A stretch of DNA of 64,000 nucleotides from an uncultured Gammaproteobacteria bacterium (GTDB lineage: Bacteria > Pseudomonadota > Gammaproteobacteria > Poriferisulfidales > GCA-002705445), in contig CAJYAP010000002.1 in assembly GCA_913065025.1 (NCBI GenBank), positions 20,022-84,021 on the forward strand, read 5' to 3'. The notes below the pieces were generated by a model, which saw only the letters and a program-made list of their open reading frames with translations, was not told where the DNA came from and searched no databases. This document shows positions 36,850 to 47,890 of this stretch, piece after piece. The position numbers and the translations under genes are program-made. The number at the start of each line of letters is the position of its first letter. Within the stretch, counting starts at the first letter, position 1.

Positions 36850-37927
36850 TAGTACCACCTTTAAGTTTTTCAACAATATAATTACCCATCTCTTCTGTTG
36901 AAATATAATCCTTATTTACTGATATATCTTTTGTGTATTTTCCTTCTTTTAAAACTAATTTTACAGATCTCAATATATGATTATAAATATCTAATCTGTC
37001 AAAAGTATGTTGAAACATCATTGCCACAGATAATATAGTTGCTATAGGATTAACAATATTCTGATCGACTATATCTGGCGCAGATCCGTGTATCGGCTCA
37101 TATACGCCGAAATTATTCTCATTCAAAGAAGCCGAAGGGAGCATTCCTATAGATCCAGTTAAAACGGACGCAATATCAGATAAGATGTCTCCGAATAAAT
37201 TTTCAGTCACAACGACGTCGAATTGCTTTGGATTTTGAACTAACTGCATCGCAGCGTTATCTACATACATATGTGATAATTCCACATCTTTGTATTTCTC
37301 TGACAATTTATTTACGGTTGCTCTCCACAATTGAGACACCTCAAGAACATTAGCTTTATCAACAGAACATAATTTTTTACCTCTATTATTTGCTAGTTTA
37401 AAGGCGTAATCTGATATTCTACTTATCTCTGAAACGTTATATCTCATAGTATTAAAAGCTTCGGTATTATCGTCTTTAAAACCTCTAGGCTCACCAAAAT
37501 ATAATCCACTCACTAATTCCCGAATAATTACAATATCTAAATTATCTATATATTCACTTTTAATAGATGATGAATTAGATAATTCAGAAAATGAAATAAT
37601 TGGACGGATATTAATAAATAGGTTTAATTGTTTCCTTAGCGCCAATAATCCAGACTCAGGTTTTTTTTCTTTAGATAAGTTATCATATTTTTTTCCACCA
37701 ACAGCGCCTAATAAAACAGCATCTGATTCTATTATTTTATTTTTAGTTTCATCGGGAAAAGGATTATCAAATTTATCTACTGCAACACCTCCAAATAAAC
37801 CATAATCTGTTTCTATATTTAATTTATAGATATCAGATATTGTATTTATTACTTTTTTTGCTTCCGAGGTTACTTCTGGTCCGACACCATCGCCAGGTAA
37901 AATTAATATTTTTATTTTTTTATCCAT
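36842..37927 (-). CDS. leuB: 3-isopropylmalate dehydrogenase
   Basis: ILILPGDGVGPEV, NLFGDILSD and GSAPDI. Confidence 0.95.
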   Translation of the reverse strand: MDKKIKILILPGDGVGPEVTSEAKKVINTISDIYKLNIETDYGLFGGVAVDKFDNPFPDETKNKIIESDAVLLGAVGGKKYDNLSKEKKPESGLLALRKQLNLFINIRPIISFSELSNSSSIKSEYIDNLDIVIIRELVSGLYFGEPRGFKDDNTEAFNTMRYNVSEISRISDYAFKLANNRGKKLCSVDKANVLEVSQLWRATVNKLSEKYKDVELSHMYVDNAAMQLVQNPKQFDVVVTENLFGDILSDIASVLTGSIGMLPSASLNENNFGVYEPIHGSAPDIVDQNIVNPIATILSVAMMFQHTFDRLDIYNHILRSVKLVLKEGKYTKDISVNKDYISTEEMGNYIVEKLKGGTSE

Positions 37928-38555
37928 TGAACATCCATGGTGTTTTCACAGCTTTAATATTCTCGTATTCTTTTATTTTATCACTTAGTTTTAAGGTTTC
38001 TGAAATATCATCTATTCCTTTAATCAAAACTTCTTTTCTTCGATTATCTATTTTAAATTTAATTTCTAAATCATCGCATTTTATTAATTGGTTTTCTAAA
38101 CTAATCATATAAATATTATTTTTTTTATTAACATTACTTATTAGTTTATCCATATTGCTGTCGTTAAGAACAATTGGTAATAAACCGTTTTTAAAACAGT
38201 TATTATAAAATATATCTGCGAAGCTACTTGATATCACAACATTAAAACCATAATCCATTAATGCCCAAACTGCATGCTCTCTAGATGACCCGCAACCAAA
38301 ATTATCGCCTGCTATTAAGATTTGTGCCCCTTCATTTTTAGGATCATGTAAAAAGAATTCTGGATTTTTTTTTCTTAAAGCATGATTGTCACCTAAGTTG
38401 CCAGGCTCTAAATATCTCCAGTCATCAAACAAAGCTTCCCCGAAACCCTCTCTTGTTACTGCCTTAAGGTATTGCTTTGGTATTATAGCGTCTGTATCAA
38501 TATTTTTTCTATCGATATATGCAGCTATTGACTTTATTTCTTTAAATTTTTTCAT
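37920..38555 (-). CDS. leuD: 3-isopropylmalate dehydratase small subunit
   Basis: NFGCGSSREHAVWAL motif. Lies between leuC and leuB. Confidence 0.95.
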   Translation of the reverse strand: MKKFKEIKSIAAYIDRKNIDTDAIIPKQYLKAVTREGFGEALFDDWRYLEPGNLGDNHALRKKNPEFFLHDPKNEGAQILIAGDNFGCGSSREHAVWALMDYGFNVVISSSFADIFYNNCFKNGLLPIVLNDSNMDKLISNVNKKNNIYMISLENQLIKCDDLEIKFKIDNRRKEVLIKGIDDISETLKLSDKIKEYENIKAVKTPWMFNG

Positions 38556-38558
38556 ATC

Positions 38559-39959
38559 CTACATATCTCTTACGTCTACAAAATGTCCGTGAATAGCAGC
38601 TGCAGCTGCAGTTGCTGGGCTAACTAAATGAGTTCTACCTAACCTTCCTTGTCTTCCTTCGAAGTTTCTATTTGAAGTAGAAGCACATCGTTCGTATTCA
38701 TTTAATTTATCGTCGTTCATTCCTAAGCACATTGAACATCCTGGGCTTCTCCATTCAAATCCTGACTTGGTAAAGATTTTATCTAAACCTTCATTTTCTG
38801 CTTTTTCCTTAACTAGCCCAGAGCCAGGCACAATGATTGCACTCTTTATATTGTTAGCAATTTTTTTATTTTTAACAATGTCTGCAACAATTCTTAAGTC
38901 CTCTATCCTCGAATTAGTGCACGAACCTATAAAAATTTTATCTAACTCTATTGAGTTGACGCTTTGTTTTTCTTTAAGACCCATATATGAAAAAGCGTTT
39001 AATAAGTCTTGTCTTTTTGAAGAAAACCTTTCATCGTCTAAACTTGGTAGTTTTCCATCAATGCCAACTGCCATTTCTGGAGATGTTCCCCAGGTTATCA
39101 TTGGGCTTGATTCACTAATATCAATATCTATTATTTTATCGTATAACGCATCATTATCAGAAGTTAAATTTTCCCAATATTTTTTTGCTGATGAGAAATT
39201 TTCCCCTTTAGGGGAATAAGGTTTATTTTCTACATAACTAATTGTCTTTTCATCAACTGCTACTAAGCCAGTCGTAGCACCTGCTTCTATTGTCATGTTG
39301 CACAAAGTCATTCTTGCTTCCATAGAAAGATCTCTAATTGCATTTCCTGTATATTCTATAGCATACCCAGTTCCACCAGCTGTTCCAATCTGACTAATAA
39401 TCAATAAAGCTAAATCTTTAGAATAGAAGTACTCTGGCATTTTTCCATTAACTTTAATATTCATATTTAAAGATTTTTTTTGCAATAAACATTGTGTGGC
39501 TAAAACATGCTCTACTTCTGAAGTTCCAATACCAAATGCAAGAGCTGCTAGTGCACCATGAGTAGATGTGTGAGAATCACCACAGACAACTGTCATGCCT
39601 GGTAAAATAATTCCTTGCTCAGGACCTACAACATGAACAATACCCTGCCTAATATCTTCTAGGTCAAATTTCAGCAAGTCATTAGTTTTACAGTTTTTAT
39701 TTAAAGCATCGACTTGTATCTTTGATATAGGGTCTTTAATTCCTGCTTCTCTCAAAGTTGTTGGGACATTATGATCCGGAACTGCCATAACGCTTTTTTT
39801 TCTCCATATACTCCTCCCCGCCTGCTTGAGACCTTCAAATGCTTGCGGTGACGTAACTTCATGAATAAGATGTTTATTAATATAAATCAAGCTATAACCA
39901 TTATCATATGAATAAATATGATGTTCGTCCCAAAGCTTGTCATATAATGTTTTTTTCAT
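38559..39959 (-). CDS. leuC: 3-isopropylmalate dehydratase large subunit
   Basis: Aconitase-family motifs [19 protein letters not shown] and NRNFEGRQG. Confidence 0.96.
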   Translation of the reverse strand: MKKTLYDKLWDEHHIYSYDNGYSLIYINKHLIHEVTSPQAFEGLKQAGRSIWRKKSVMAVPDHNVPTTLREAGIKDPISKIQVDALNKNCKTNDLLKFDLEDIRQGIVHVVGPEQGIILPGMTVVCGDSHTSTHGALAALAFGIGTSEVEHVLATQCLLQKKSLNMNIKVNGKMPEYFYSKDLALLIISQIGTAGGTGYAIEYTGNAIRDLSMEARMTLCNMTIEAGATTGLVAVDEKTISYVENKPYSPKGENFSSAKKYWENLTSDNDALYDKIIDIDISESSPMITWGTSPEMAVGIDGKLPSLDDERFSSKRQDLLNAFSYMGLKEKQSVNSIELDKIFIGSCTNSRIEDLRIVADIVKNKKIANNIKSAIIVPGSGLVKEKAENEGLDKIFTKSGFEWRSPGCSMCLGMNDDKLNEYERCASTSNRNFEGRQGRLGRTHLVSPATAAAAAIHGHFVDVRDM

Positions 39960-39975
39960 AATTTTTAATTTTTTC

Positions 39976-41172
39976 TTAAATATTTCTATATTTAGATTTT
40001 ACTAAGATAAGAGACACAATTAAACCTAAAAAAGCAAATAATGAGGCATATAAATATACTGTAGAACCGCCAAGTGACTCCCAAAAATATCCACTGTATA
40101 TGCTTCCGATAGAACCCCCAAGTCCAAAACTTATACTTGAGTAAAGTGCTTGTCCTCTTCCTTGAAGTTCCTCTGTGAAATATTCATGTATCAATGAAAT
40201 CGACACCGCATGATACATACCATATGTAATAGCATGAAATAATGTAGCTAATGTCACAATAATAACACTCTCAGGGAAGAATGAAATCAATAGCCATCTT
40301 GAGCTCGCAAATAAAAAACTAACTATAAATAAGTTTTGAAGTCCATACTTAGGGATCCAAGAAGATATTTTAATAAAAATTAATATTTCAGCAATAACTC
40401 CAAGCGACCAAATAAATCCTATTGAGTTTGTACTGTAACTATTCTCTGTCAAATAAATAGCGAAGAAAGCATAAAATGGACCATGGCTAACCTGCATAAG
40501 AAAACAAGATAGCAATATTCCTATTACGGCAGGTTTGAGAGCTATACTCAACAAAGAATTATTGTGTTTTTTTTGATTTGCATTTGTATTCTTAACAAAT
40601 AACGTTGTAATAAAAGTCAAAAATAAAAAAGATAAAATACATGTTGGAACAACTTCAATTCCATAATTTTGTGTTAAAAAAGATAAAGAAAAAACTGATA
40701 ATATAAAACCTAATGACCCCCATAATCTAATCTGACTATAGTTATTATACGAAGATCCTAATGAAGTCATAGTAACAGCTTCAAATTGAGGTAATGAAGC
40801 ATTCCAAAAAAAACTAAAGAGAAAAATTAATGCAACCATGCCAGAAAAGCTTTCCATTGAAGAAGCAAAAGTAAAAATAATAAAACAGCTTAATGCTCCT
40901 AGTTGAATAACTCTGTGTCTTAATCCTGTTTTGTCTGCTATCCAACCCCATACATTAGGAGCAATAATTTTAGTGCCAATCATTGTTCCTGTAATTACTC
41001 CAATTTCGTAAGGTGTAAAACTTTTATAGTTTAAATATAGAGGCCAGAAAGGAAGAAAAGCTCCAAGAGCTGAAAAATAAAAAAAATAAAATGATGAAAG
41101 ATTTATATAAGACTTATTAAACATGATTGGGGAGCTTAGAATATTCCCCTTATAAACTTTATTTTTTTTCAA
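39976..41172 (-). CDS. MFS transporter (MFS_1_like / HcaT-type), substrate unknown
   Basis: 398 aa with about 12 hydrophobic segments. Shows the G..AD..GLRHRV loop between TM2 and TM3 that is typical of MFS. Confidence 0.65.
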   Translation of the reverse strand: MKKNKVYKGNILSSPIMFNKSYINLSSFYFFYFSALGAFLPFWPLYLNYKSFTPYEIGVITGTMIGTKIIAPNVWGWIADKTGLRHRVIQLGALSCFIIFTFASSMESFSGMVALIFLFSFFWNASLPQFEAVTMTSLGSSYNNYSQIRLWGSLGFILSVFSLSFLTQNYGIEVVPTCILSFLFLTFITTLFVKNTNANQKKHNNSLLSIALKPAVIGILLSCFLMQVSHGPFYAFFAIYLTENSYSTNSIGFIWSLGVIAEILIFIKISSWIPKYGLQNLFIVSFLFASSRWLLISFFPESVIIVTLATLFHAITYGMYHAVSISLIHEYFTEELQGRGQALYSSISFGLGGSIGSIYSGYFWESLGGSTVYLYASLFAFLGLIVSLILVKSKYRNI

Positions 41173-41268
41173 TTTAATTTATTTCCTTTATAGATATTTA
41201 AATCTTATAAAAAAATTTTGTATTTTATATTTATACATAATAGGTAAAAAATTAGGTCAATTTTTTAA

Positions 41269-42330
41269 TTATAAATTTTGCGCCTTGTGTCTTAAAGCAT
41301 GATCCATTAATACTAATGCTAGCATTGCTTCAGCTATTGGTACTGCTCTAATTCCAACACAAGGGTCATGACGACCTTTTGTTATAACTTCTGAATCCTT
41401 TCCCTTATTATCAATTGTTTTTCCAGGCAATCTAATGCTTGAGGTTGGCTTGATTGCGATACTAACCTCTATATCTTGCCCAGACGTTATACCACCTAAA
41501 GTTCCGCCAGAGTTATTACTTAAAAAACCTTTTTTTGAATCAATTTCATCTCTGTGGTCTGTACCTTTTTGTGTTACCGATAGAAAACCAGCTCCAATTT
41601 CTATAGCTTTAACTGCATTTATACTCATCATAGCTTTCGCAATATCAGCATCTATCCTGTCAAAGACAGGTTCTCCTAAACCTGTTGGAACATTTTTCGC
41701 CACAACATTAATTCTAGCTCCAATAGAATTTCCTTCTTTTCTTAAAGCATCCATATAATCCTCAAGTTCTTGAACTTTATTTTTATTTGGAAAGAAAAAA
41801 GGATTATTTTCTATATCTTTATAATTAATTTTATCAGCTTTTATTGGGCCAAGTTGAGCGACAAATCCTTGAATATCTAAATTGAAATTTTCTTTTAAAT
41901 ATAATTTAGCTATGGCTCCTGCAGCTACCCTGGTAGCTGTTTCTCTAGCAGATGATCTGCCTCCACCTTTGTAATCTCTGGTTCCATATTTCTTATCATA
42001 TGTAATATCTGCGTGACCAGGTCTGTATAAATCTTTTATATCAGAATAATCTTTACTTCTAGCATCCTCGTTGTAGATGATTAAACTTATTGGCGTGCCA
42101 GTTGATTTGCCTTCAAAAACGCCTGATAGTATTTTTATGGTATCTGATTCTCTTCTTTGAGAAGTATGTCTTGTTTTTCCAGGCTTTCTTCTATCAAGAT
42201 CTTTCTGAATATCCTCAACATCGATCTTGAGATTTGGTGGGCAACCATCTATTATACAACCAATAGCTTCACCATGACTTTCGCCATATGTGGTTACTTT
42301 AAATAATTTTCCGTGACTGTTTCCTGGCAT
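41269..42330 (-). CDS. aroC: Chorismate synthase
   Basis: [17 protein letters not shown] and [11 protein letters not shown]. Confidence 0.96.
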   Translation of the reverse strand: MPGNSHGKLFKVTTYGESHGEAIGCIIDGCPPNLKIDVEDIQKDLDRRKPGKTRHTSQRRESDTIKILSGVFEGKSTGTPISLIIYNEDARSKDYSDIKDLYRPGHADITYDKKYGTRDYKGGGRSSARETATRVAAGAIAKLYLKENFNLDIQGFVAQLGPIKADKINYKDIENNPFFFPNKNKVQELEDYMDALRKEGNSIGARINVVAKNVPTGLGEPVFDRIDADIAKAMMSINAVKAIEIGAGFLSVTQKGTDHRDEIDSKKGFLSNNSGGTLGGITSGQDIEVSIAIKPTSSIRLPGKTIDNKGKDSEVITKGRHDPCVGIRAVPIAEAMLALVLMDHALRHKAQNL

Positions 42331-42371
42331 GTCTTATATTGTACCAAAAATAAGAGTTATAATAATAAAAA

Positions 42372-43238
42372 ATGAAAAAAAATTTAAAAAAACTTGTTAA
42401 TCAATTCAAAATTATACTATTTCATATAACCCCACTTCATTTTATATCTAATATAACCTATAAAGCTTCAAGAATAGAAGATAAAGCAATTAAAAATTTA
42501 TTAATTAAAATCTATATATCAATTTTTAACATTGAATTAGATGAATATAAGATTAAAAATGTTGAAGGATATAAGTCCTTAAATGATTTTTTTACTAGGG
42601 AACTTGATTTATCTTTTAGAAAAAATATTGATCAGTCAAAAAACATAATTTCACCATGTGATGGAACTATAGCTGGATATGGCGATATTAATAACAATAC
42701 ATTTATTCATGCAAAGAAACATAAGTATTCTGTAAATGAGTTAATTCATGAAAAAGGAAATGATTACAATAATGGGAAATTTATTAACATTTATTTGGAG
42801 CCTAAGGATTGCCATAGAATTTACATGCCATGTGACGCATCTTTAGTAAAAGTTACTCATATTCCTGGGTCTTTATATAGTGTTGCAACTTATGCGACGG
42901 AAGGAATTAAAAAACTGTACTCAAGAAATGAACGAGTAGTATTATCTTTTCAAAATGATCAATATAAAATGACTCTAGTTATGGTTGGAGCAGTTAATGT
43001 TGGGTGTGTTACTTTATCAGATTATGGGATTATTGCTCCTGCAAAATATAGAAATAGTATAACTGAATTTCATAATAAAGAAGATATGAAACATTATTCT
43101 AAAGGCCAAGAAATAGGCATGTTTAATTTGGGATCAACAGTTATAATATTATTAAGTAAGATAAATAATGATTGGACAGAAAATATTAATACTAAAGAAA
43201 AAATACTAATAAGAGATAATATATTTAAAGTTTATTAA
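42372..43238 (+). CDS. psd: Phosphatidylserine decarboxylase proenzyme
   Basis: The LGST self-cleavage site (FNLGSTVIILL) and FFTREL. Confidence 0.92.
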   Translation: MKKNLKKLVNQFKIILFHITPLHFISNITYKASRIEDKAIKNLLIKIYISIFNIELDEYKIKNVEGYKSLNDFFTRELDLSFRKNIDQSKNIISPCDGTIAGYGDINNNTFIHAKKHKYSVNELIHEKGNDYNNGKFINIYLEPKDCHRIYMPCDASLVKVTHIPGSLYSVATYATEGIKKLYSRNERVVLSFQNDQYKMTLVMVGAVNVGCVTLSDYGIIAPAKYRNSITEFHNKEDMKHYSKGQEIGMFNLGSTVIILLSKINNDWTENINTKEKILIRDNIFKVY

Positions 43239-43804
43239 GTTTTAACTCTAGCAGTATATTCTTTTGTCCTAGTATCTATTTTTATTATGTCATTTTGATT
43301 AATAAACAAAGGGACCTGAATTATAGCATCTGTCTCCAGTGTGGCAGGTTTAGTAGCCTTTGATGTTGTATCTCCTTTTAATCCCGGCTCTGTATGCTTA
43401 ACAACCAATTCAACAAATATTGGTAATTCAATGCCTATAGGATTACCGTTAAAAAAAGTAACTGAACATAGCTCTTCTCCTTTCAACCAAGCATCATTAT
43501 CTCCCAATATATCTTTATTTATAGAAACTTGATCAAAACTTTCCATATCCATAAAATAATAATTAACATCGTCTTTATATAGATATTGCATATCCAAAGT
43601 TTGAACATCTGCTGAATCTAAACTATCTCCAATTTTTAAAGTTTTTTCAACAACTCTGCCATTACTTAAATTCTTTAGCTTTACTTTGCTAAATGCTTGT
43701 CCCTTTCCAGGCTTATGAAAAGAGTTATCTATAATTTCAAATGGATCATCATTAATTAAAACCTTCAATCCATTTTTTATATTACTCGTATTATAACTTG
43801 CCAT
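43235..43804 (-). CDS. efp: Translation elongation factor P
   Basis: HKPGKGQAFSKVKLKNL (modified-Lys loop); 189 aa. Confidence 0.95.
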   Translation of the reverse strand: MASYNTSNIKNGLKVLINDDPFEIIDNSFHKPGKGQAFSKVKLKNLSNGRVVEKTLKIGDSLDSADVQTLDMQYLYKDDVNYYFMDMESFDQVSINKDILGDNDAWLKGEELCSVTFFNGNPIGIELPIFVELVVKHTEPGLKGDTTSKATKPATLETDAIIQVPLFINQNDIIKIDTRTKEYTARVKT

Positions 43805-43814
43805 AAGTTTAGTC

Positions 43815-44696
43815 TTAACTATTTTTTAATAATGATTCGATTCTTGATTCTATAGAAGGATGACTGCTAAATAAACTTTTGTATGCACTCTGTTTCTTTC
43901 CAGCTATCCCAAATGCAGCCATTTGATCTGGCAATGAATCTGGCGATTTTGTAGATAAAGTTTTTAAAGCAGATATCATTTTATTTGAGCCAACTAATTT
44001 TGCTGCAGAATGATCTGCTTGATATTCCCTTTTTCTTGAAAACCACATCACAATAATATTTGCTAAAATTGAAAGTAGTATTTGAACAATGATGCTAGTT
44101 ATATAATACGCAGGTCCATGGCCTCTTTGAACTTTAAAAATTACCCTGTCAACAATATGGCCTATTATTCTAGAGAAAAATATCACAAATGTATTTATAA
44201 TTCCTTGAATTAGAGTCATTGTTATCATATCTCCATTACTTATATGTGATACTTCATGAGCTATTACTGCTTCAATCTCATCTTGATTCATGTGATTAAT
44301 TAGACCAGAGCTTAGAGCTACTAAAGAGTTATTCTTTGATGCCCCAGTAGCGAAAGCATTTAGTTGTTGAGAATCAAATATCCCAAATTCTGGTGTTTTT
44401 ATTTTTGCCTTAACTGAAATATCCTCCAAAGTTGTTAGAAGCCATTTTTCTGATTCATTTTCAGGCTTTAAAATCAATTTCACACCCATACTTTTTTTTG
44501 CTATCCACTTTGATATAAATAAAGATATAAAGGATCCAGTGAAGCCTATAATTGAAGATATAAATAAAAGTGAAGTTAAATCAAGATCAATTCCATTATC
44601 ATCAAGAACACCATCAATACCAAAAATGGACATTGTTATACTCAATACAACAAGTATTGCGAGATTTGTTCCTAAAAATAGTGCTATTCTTAACAT
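43815..44696 (-). CDS. htpX: Membrane zinc metalloprotease HtpX
   Basis: HEVSHISNGD (HExxH), 4 TM segments, and MLRIALFLGTNLAILVV start. Confidence 0.93.
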   Translation of the reverse strand: MLRIALFLGTNLAILVVLSITMSIFGIDGVLDDNGIDLDLTSLLFISSIIGFTGSFISLFISKWIAKKSMGVKLILKPENESEKWLLTTLEDISVKAKIKTPEFGIFDSQQLNAFATGASKNNSLVALSSGLINHMNQDEIEAVIAHEVSHISNGDMITMTLIQGIINTFVIFFSRIIGHIVDRVIFKVQRGHGPAYYITSIIVQILLSILANIIVMWFSRKREYQADHSAAKLVGSNKMISALKTLSTKSPDSLPDQMAAFGIAGKKQSAYKSLFSSHPSIESRIESLLKNS

Positions 44697-44745
44697 AATT
44701 AAAAAAATTAAAATTTGTATAACGTATATTTTATTATATTAATCA

Positions 44746-47166
44746 ATGAATATAAATGATTATTTAAATCCAGGTAAAAGTGTAAATGTTGTAGCCGCAG
44801 CTGGAACAGGTAAAACATGGTTCATAATCTCAAAAATATTAAGACTACTATTAGATGAAGTTGAGCCAGAAAAAATAACGGCAATAACATTCACAAAAAA
44901 AACTACAGCAGAAATGCGCAATAGATTAAATGAAAAAATAGAATATTGGTCTAATTGTGAAGATAAGGATATTGTAAAAGATTTAAAACAAATAGGAATA
45001 AAGAATAATTTTACAAAATACGTAAAAAAAGCAAAAAGAATTTTTCTGACAATTCAACTAAGTACAAGAGATATAAGAATATCGACTTTTGATTCTTTTT
45101 TTTTAGAGATACTAAATCAAATGCATTTTGATAAAGATATACCAAAAAGTATCGATACAAATTTGCATCCAAAGCTAATAGCAAAAGACATAGAAGAAGA
45201 AATTTTTAGCAATAACTACTTAGAAAAAAATCCTTATATTCAAGATAATATTAATTTTTTAATGGGTTATATTGGAAGTTTTCATACCATTAAAGAATCA
45301 ATTATAGATATAACTAGCAAAAAATCCTACTTTTTAGAAATCCATAAAAATCTTGATTATGAGAAAGATGACTATGAAAATAAAGTTTCTAGAGTAATGT
45401 CATATAAGAAAAATTTAATTGAAAATATAATTAGAAATTTTAATAATAATTATATTTTAAAGAATAAATACAAAAATACTTACAACAAATTACTTTCGAG
45501 CGAAACAAGCCTGGATAATAAAGTAATTTTCATAACAGATTTCTTTTTGACAAAATCCCAAAGATCACCAAGACTTAAAGTTAAAAAAGATTTTGAAAAA
45601 TTAAATTCAAACATTGAATATTTTACATCTGATATATACAAATTTGAAGAGAATATTTATTATGAAATACAAAAATCTTGGAAGCTGTTAGCAATAACTT
45701 TTTTTAATAAATATCAAAAATCTTTGAAGAGTAAAGATTGGCATGACTATTCTGACAATACGTGGCTTTGCTTTAATAAGCTATCTGATTTAGATTCTGA
45801 TAATTGGATATACTATAAAATAGCCAACTCTATTAATCATCTGTTAATAGACGAATTTCAAGACACTAATTATTTACAATGGCAAATTATCCTAAAAATT
45901 CTTAACGCAATAAATAATTTATCTTCTTCTAATAGCGTTACAATAGTTGGAGACTCAAACCAATCTATATATGGCTTTCGTGGTTCAGAGCCTAGGTTGT
46001 TTGACTTGTGTAGAAAATATACAAAAGAAAATTTTGGTTCTGAAGATATATATCTAAATGAATCTAGAAGATCGTCGAAAGAAATAATTAATTTCGTTAA
46101 TGGTATATTTTCGGAACACAAAGACTTTTTTACAAAAATAGATGTACCTGGTTCCGTAGAGATAGAAGATATAAAAGAAACAGCTGATACACATTTGATT
46201 GCAGAAGCAAATACTATTGCTCTTCAGATTGAAAATCTTATTAATAATAAAAATATTAAATATAAAGATATAATTATACTTTCCAGAAATAGAACTCATA
46301 TAGATGAGTTAGAGAAAAAACTAATTGAAAAAAAGATTCCTGTTATTACAGATAAAAAGAGATCAATACTGGAATACAAAGAAATTATAGATATATATAA
46401 TTTGTTGAAGTATTTAATATTAGACGAACACAATGTTTTTGAACTGTTCTCATTACTAAAAAGTCCTATCTTTAATTATACAATTAATGAAATTAATCAA
46501 TATAATATTAATGATTTTTTCGAAATTGAAAAACTTATTATAGAAAGTAGCCATAACAAAAATTTTATAAAATGGAAAAGTCTCCTTGGTAGTATTCCTA
46601 TGCATGATATACTCGATATTATTTATCATGATTTAGATATTATAAATCTATATTGTGGAGATAATTATTTAAAAAATAAAGAAATAAAAAATAACTTTCT
46701 AAATTTTTTAAATTTGAGTCTAAATTTTAATAATGGAAGATATATATCACCATTTCAATTTTTACATCAACTAGAAAATATTAGAGATATTCCAGACTCT
46801 TATAATTATCCTATTGAAAATGCAGTGAGAATTTTAACTATTCATTCGGCAAAAGGTTTGGAGGCAGAAGTTATAATTCTTGCTCAAACATACCTAAAAA
46901 ATAATAATAATAAATCCAAATTGATTCCTATATTTAATCAGGATCTTTCTTGCAACGATGTTCACCTATATATACCAAAAATTTTTAAAAATAGTAAGAA
47001 TATTGAGGAAAAATTTTTATTACCTTTGCGAGAAAAAGAAACCTGCGAGGAAAAAAATCTTCTTTACGTAGCGTGCACCAGAGCAAAAAGAGTCTTAATT
47101 GCTAATGGTTTTGATAATAAAAAGTATGATGGTAGTTGGTTTTCTAATTCCTTATTTTCTCAATAA
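44746..47166 (+). CDS. UvrD/AddA/RecB-family SF1 helicase lacking a nuclease domain
   Basis: AAAGTGKTW (I), ITFTKKTTAEMRNRL (Ia), LIDEFQDTN (II), VGDSNQSIYGFRGS (III, RecB/AddA-like), ESRRSSKEI (IV), TIHSAKGLEAEVIIL (V) and LLYVACTRAKRVLI (VI). The protein ends about 30 aa after motif VI. Confidence 0.8.
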   Translation: MNINDYLNPGKSVNVVAAAGTGKTWFIISKILRLLLDEVEPEKITAITFTKKTTAEMRNRLNEKIEYWSNCEDKDIVKDLKQIGIKNNFTKYVKKAKRIFLTIQLSTRDIRISTFDSFFLEILNQMHFDKDIPKSIDTNLHPKLIAKDIEEEIFSNNYLEKNPYIQDNINFLMGYIGSFHTIKESIIDITSKKSYFLEIHKNLDYEKDDYENKVSRVMSYKKNLIENIIRNFNNNYILKNKYKNTYNKLLSSETSLDNKVIFITDFFLTKSQRSPRLKVKKDFEKLNSNIEYFTSDIYKFEENIYYEIQKSWKLLAITFFNKYQKSLKSKDWHDYSDNTWLCFNKLSDLDSDNWIYYKIANSINHLLIDEFQDTNYLQWQIILKILNAINNLSSSNSVTIVGDSNQSIYGFRGSEPRLFDLCRKYTKENFGSEDIYLNESRRSSKEIINFVNGIFSEHKDFFTKIDVPGSVEIEDIKETADTHLIAEANTIALQIENLINNKNIKYKDIIILSRNRTHIDELEKKLIEKKIPVITDKKRSILEYKEIIDIYNLLKYLILDEHNVFELFSLLKSPIFNYTINEINQYNINDFFEIEKLIIESSHNKNFIKWKSLLGSIPMHDILDIIYHDLDIINLYCGDNYLKNKEIKNNFLNFLNLSLNFNNGRYISPFQFLHQLENIRDIPDSYNYPIENAVRILTIHSAKGLEAEVIILAQTYLKNNNNKSKLIPIFNQDLSCNDVHLYIPKIFKNSKNIEEKFLLPLREKETCEEKNLLYVACTRAKRVLIANGFDNKKYDGSWFSNSLFSQ

Positions 47167-47890
47167 CTTCTTTAGGATTCATATAGCCTTGTATTAATGT
47201 GCCATCTGATAAGAATATTGATGGTGTTGAGTTTACTCCAATAGAACTAATGATGCTTTGGTGCTCTTCAATTGGATTTACACAATTACTTTTTTTAATG
47301 GTTTTTTCTTCCTTTAAAAGAGTAAATGCAGCATTTTTGTCTTTAGAACACCACGCTGAAATCACCTTTTTTTTAGAGCTTGTTTTTATAGCAAAGACTA
47401 AATATCTTATTTTTATACCATTCTCTAAGTAAATTGGAATATCTTCATGAAACTTTCTGCAATATGGGCAATCAATGTCAGTAACCACATTTATATATTC
47501 GCTATTTTTTATAGTATCTCCATATACAAAAAATTTTGAATCCGAAAGATTCTCTAACAAATTTTTTCTTCCTTCTGCTGCTGAAGCTTCAGTAAGATTA
47601 ATAAAAGAGTAAGAATTTTTTTCTTTCACGATCTTTTGTAAGTTACCACTTTCAAAAATAAATTTGGCGTCACCTGTTATATAAACAATCTCTCCTCCAT
47701 AAACTATTTCATAAATATTTTCTAATGGAGTTTTTTTAATTTTATCAAATGTATAATTTGGTATTATTTCTTTTAATTTTTTCTGTAAAAAATCAATATT
47801 ATTATCTTTTACCTCTTCCCCAAAAGAATTGTGTTGAAATAAAATAAATATAATAAAAAATTTAATTATGCTCTTGGATGATTTTTGCAA
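47144..47890 (-). CDS. dsbC: Thiol:disulfide interchange protein DsbC/DsbG family
   Basis: Signal peptide and thioredoxin-fold CPYC active site. Immediately downstream of xerD, as in E. coli. Confidence 0.85.
   Translation of the reverse strand: MQKSSKSIIKFFIIFILFQHNSFGEEVKDNNIDFLQKKLKEIIPNYTFDKIKKTPLENIYEIVYGGEIVYITGDAKFIFESGNLQKIVKEKNSYSFINLTEASAAEGRKNLLENLSDSKFFVYGDTIKNSEYINVVTDIDCPYCRKFHEDIPIYLENGIKIRYLVFAIKTSSKKKVISAWCSKDKNAAFTLLKEEKTIKKSNCVNPIEEHQSIISSIGVNSTPSIFLSDGTLIQGYMNPKEVIEKIRN

Noticed and set aside
38767-39219. 150-aa ORF antisense to leuC. The same applies to the many 60-130-aa antisense or out-of-frame ORFs inside larger genes: 554-796, 3372-3614, 5896-6090, 8242-8436, 15574-15846, 17620-17904, 20271-20459, 30262-31233, 31537-31770, 33914-34111, 34406-34639, 37840-38112, 38386-38592, 41435-41758, 43341-43532, 44539-44742, 45870-46299, 47199-47432, 50686-50898, 52292-52965, 53343-53540, 54698-54967, 55397-55624, 55965-57246, 58264-58449, 58808-59068, 59343-59528, 62375-62581 and 63068-63289.
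   Set aside because: All are nested in well-supported conserved genes, lack SD sequences and have low-complexity or hydrophobic translations typical of shadow ORFs. I see no independent support.
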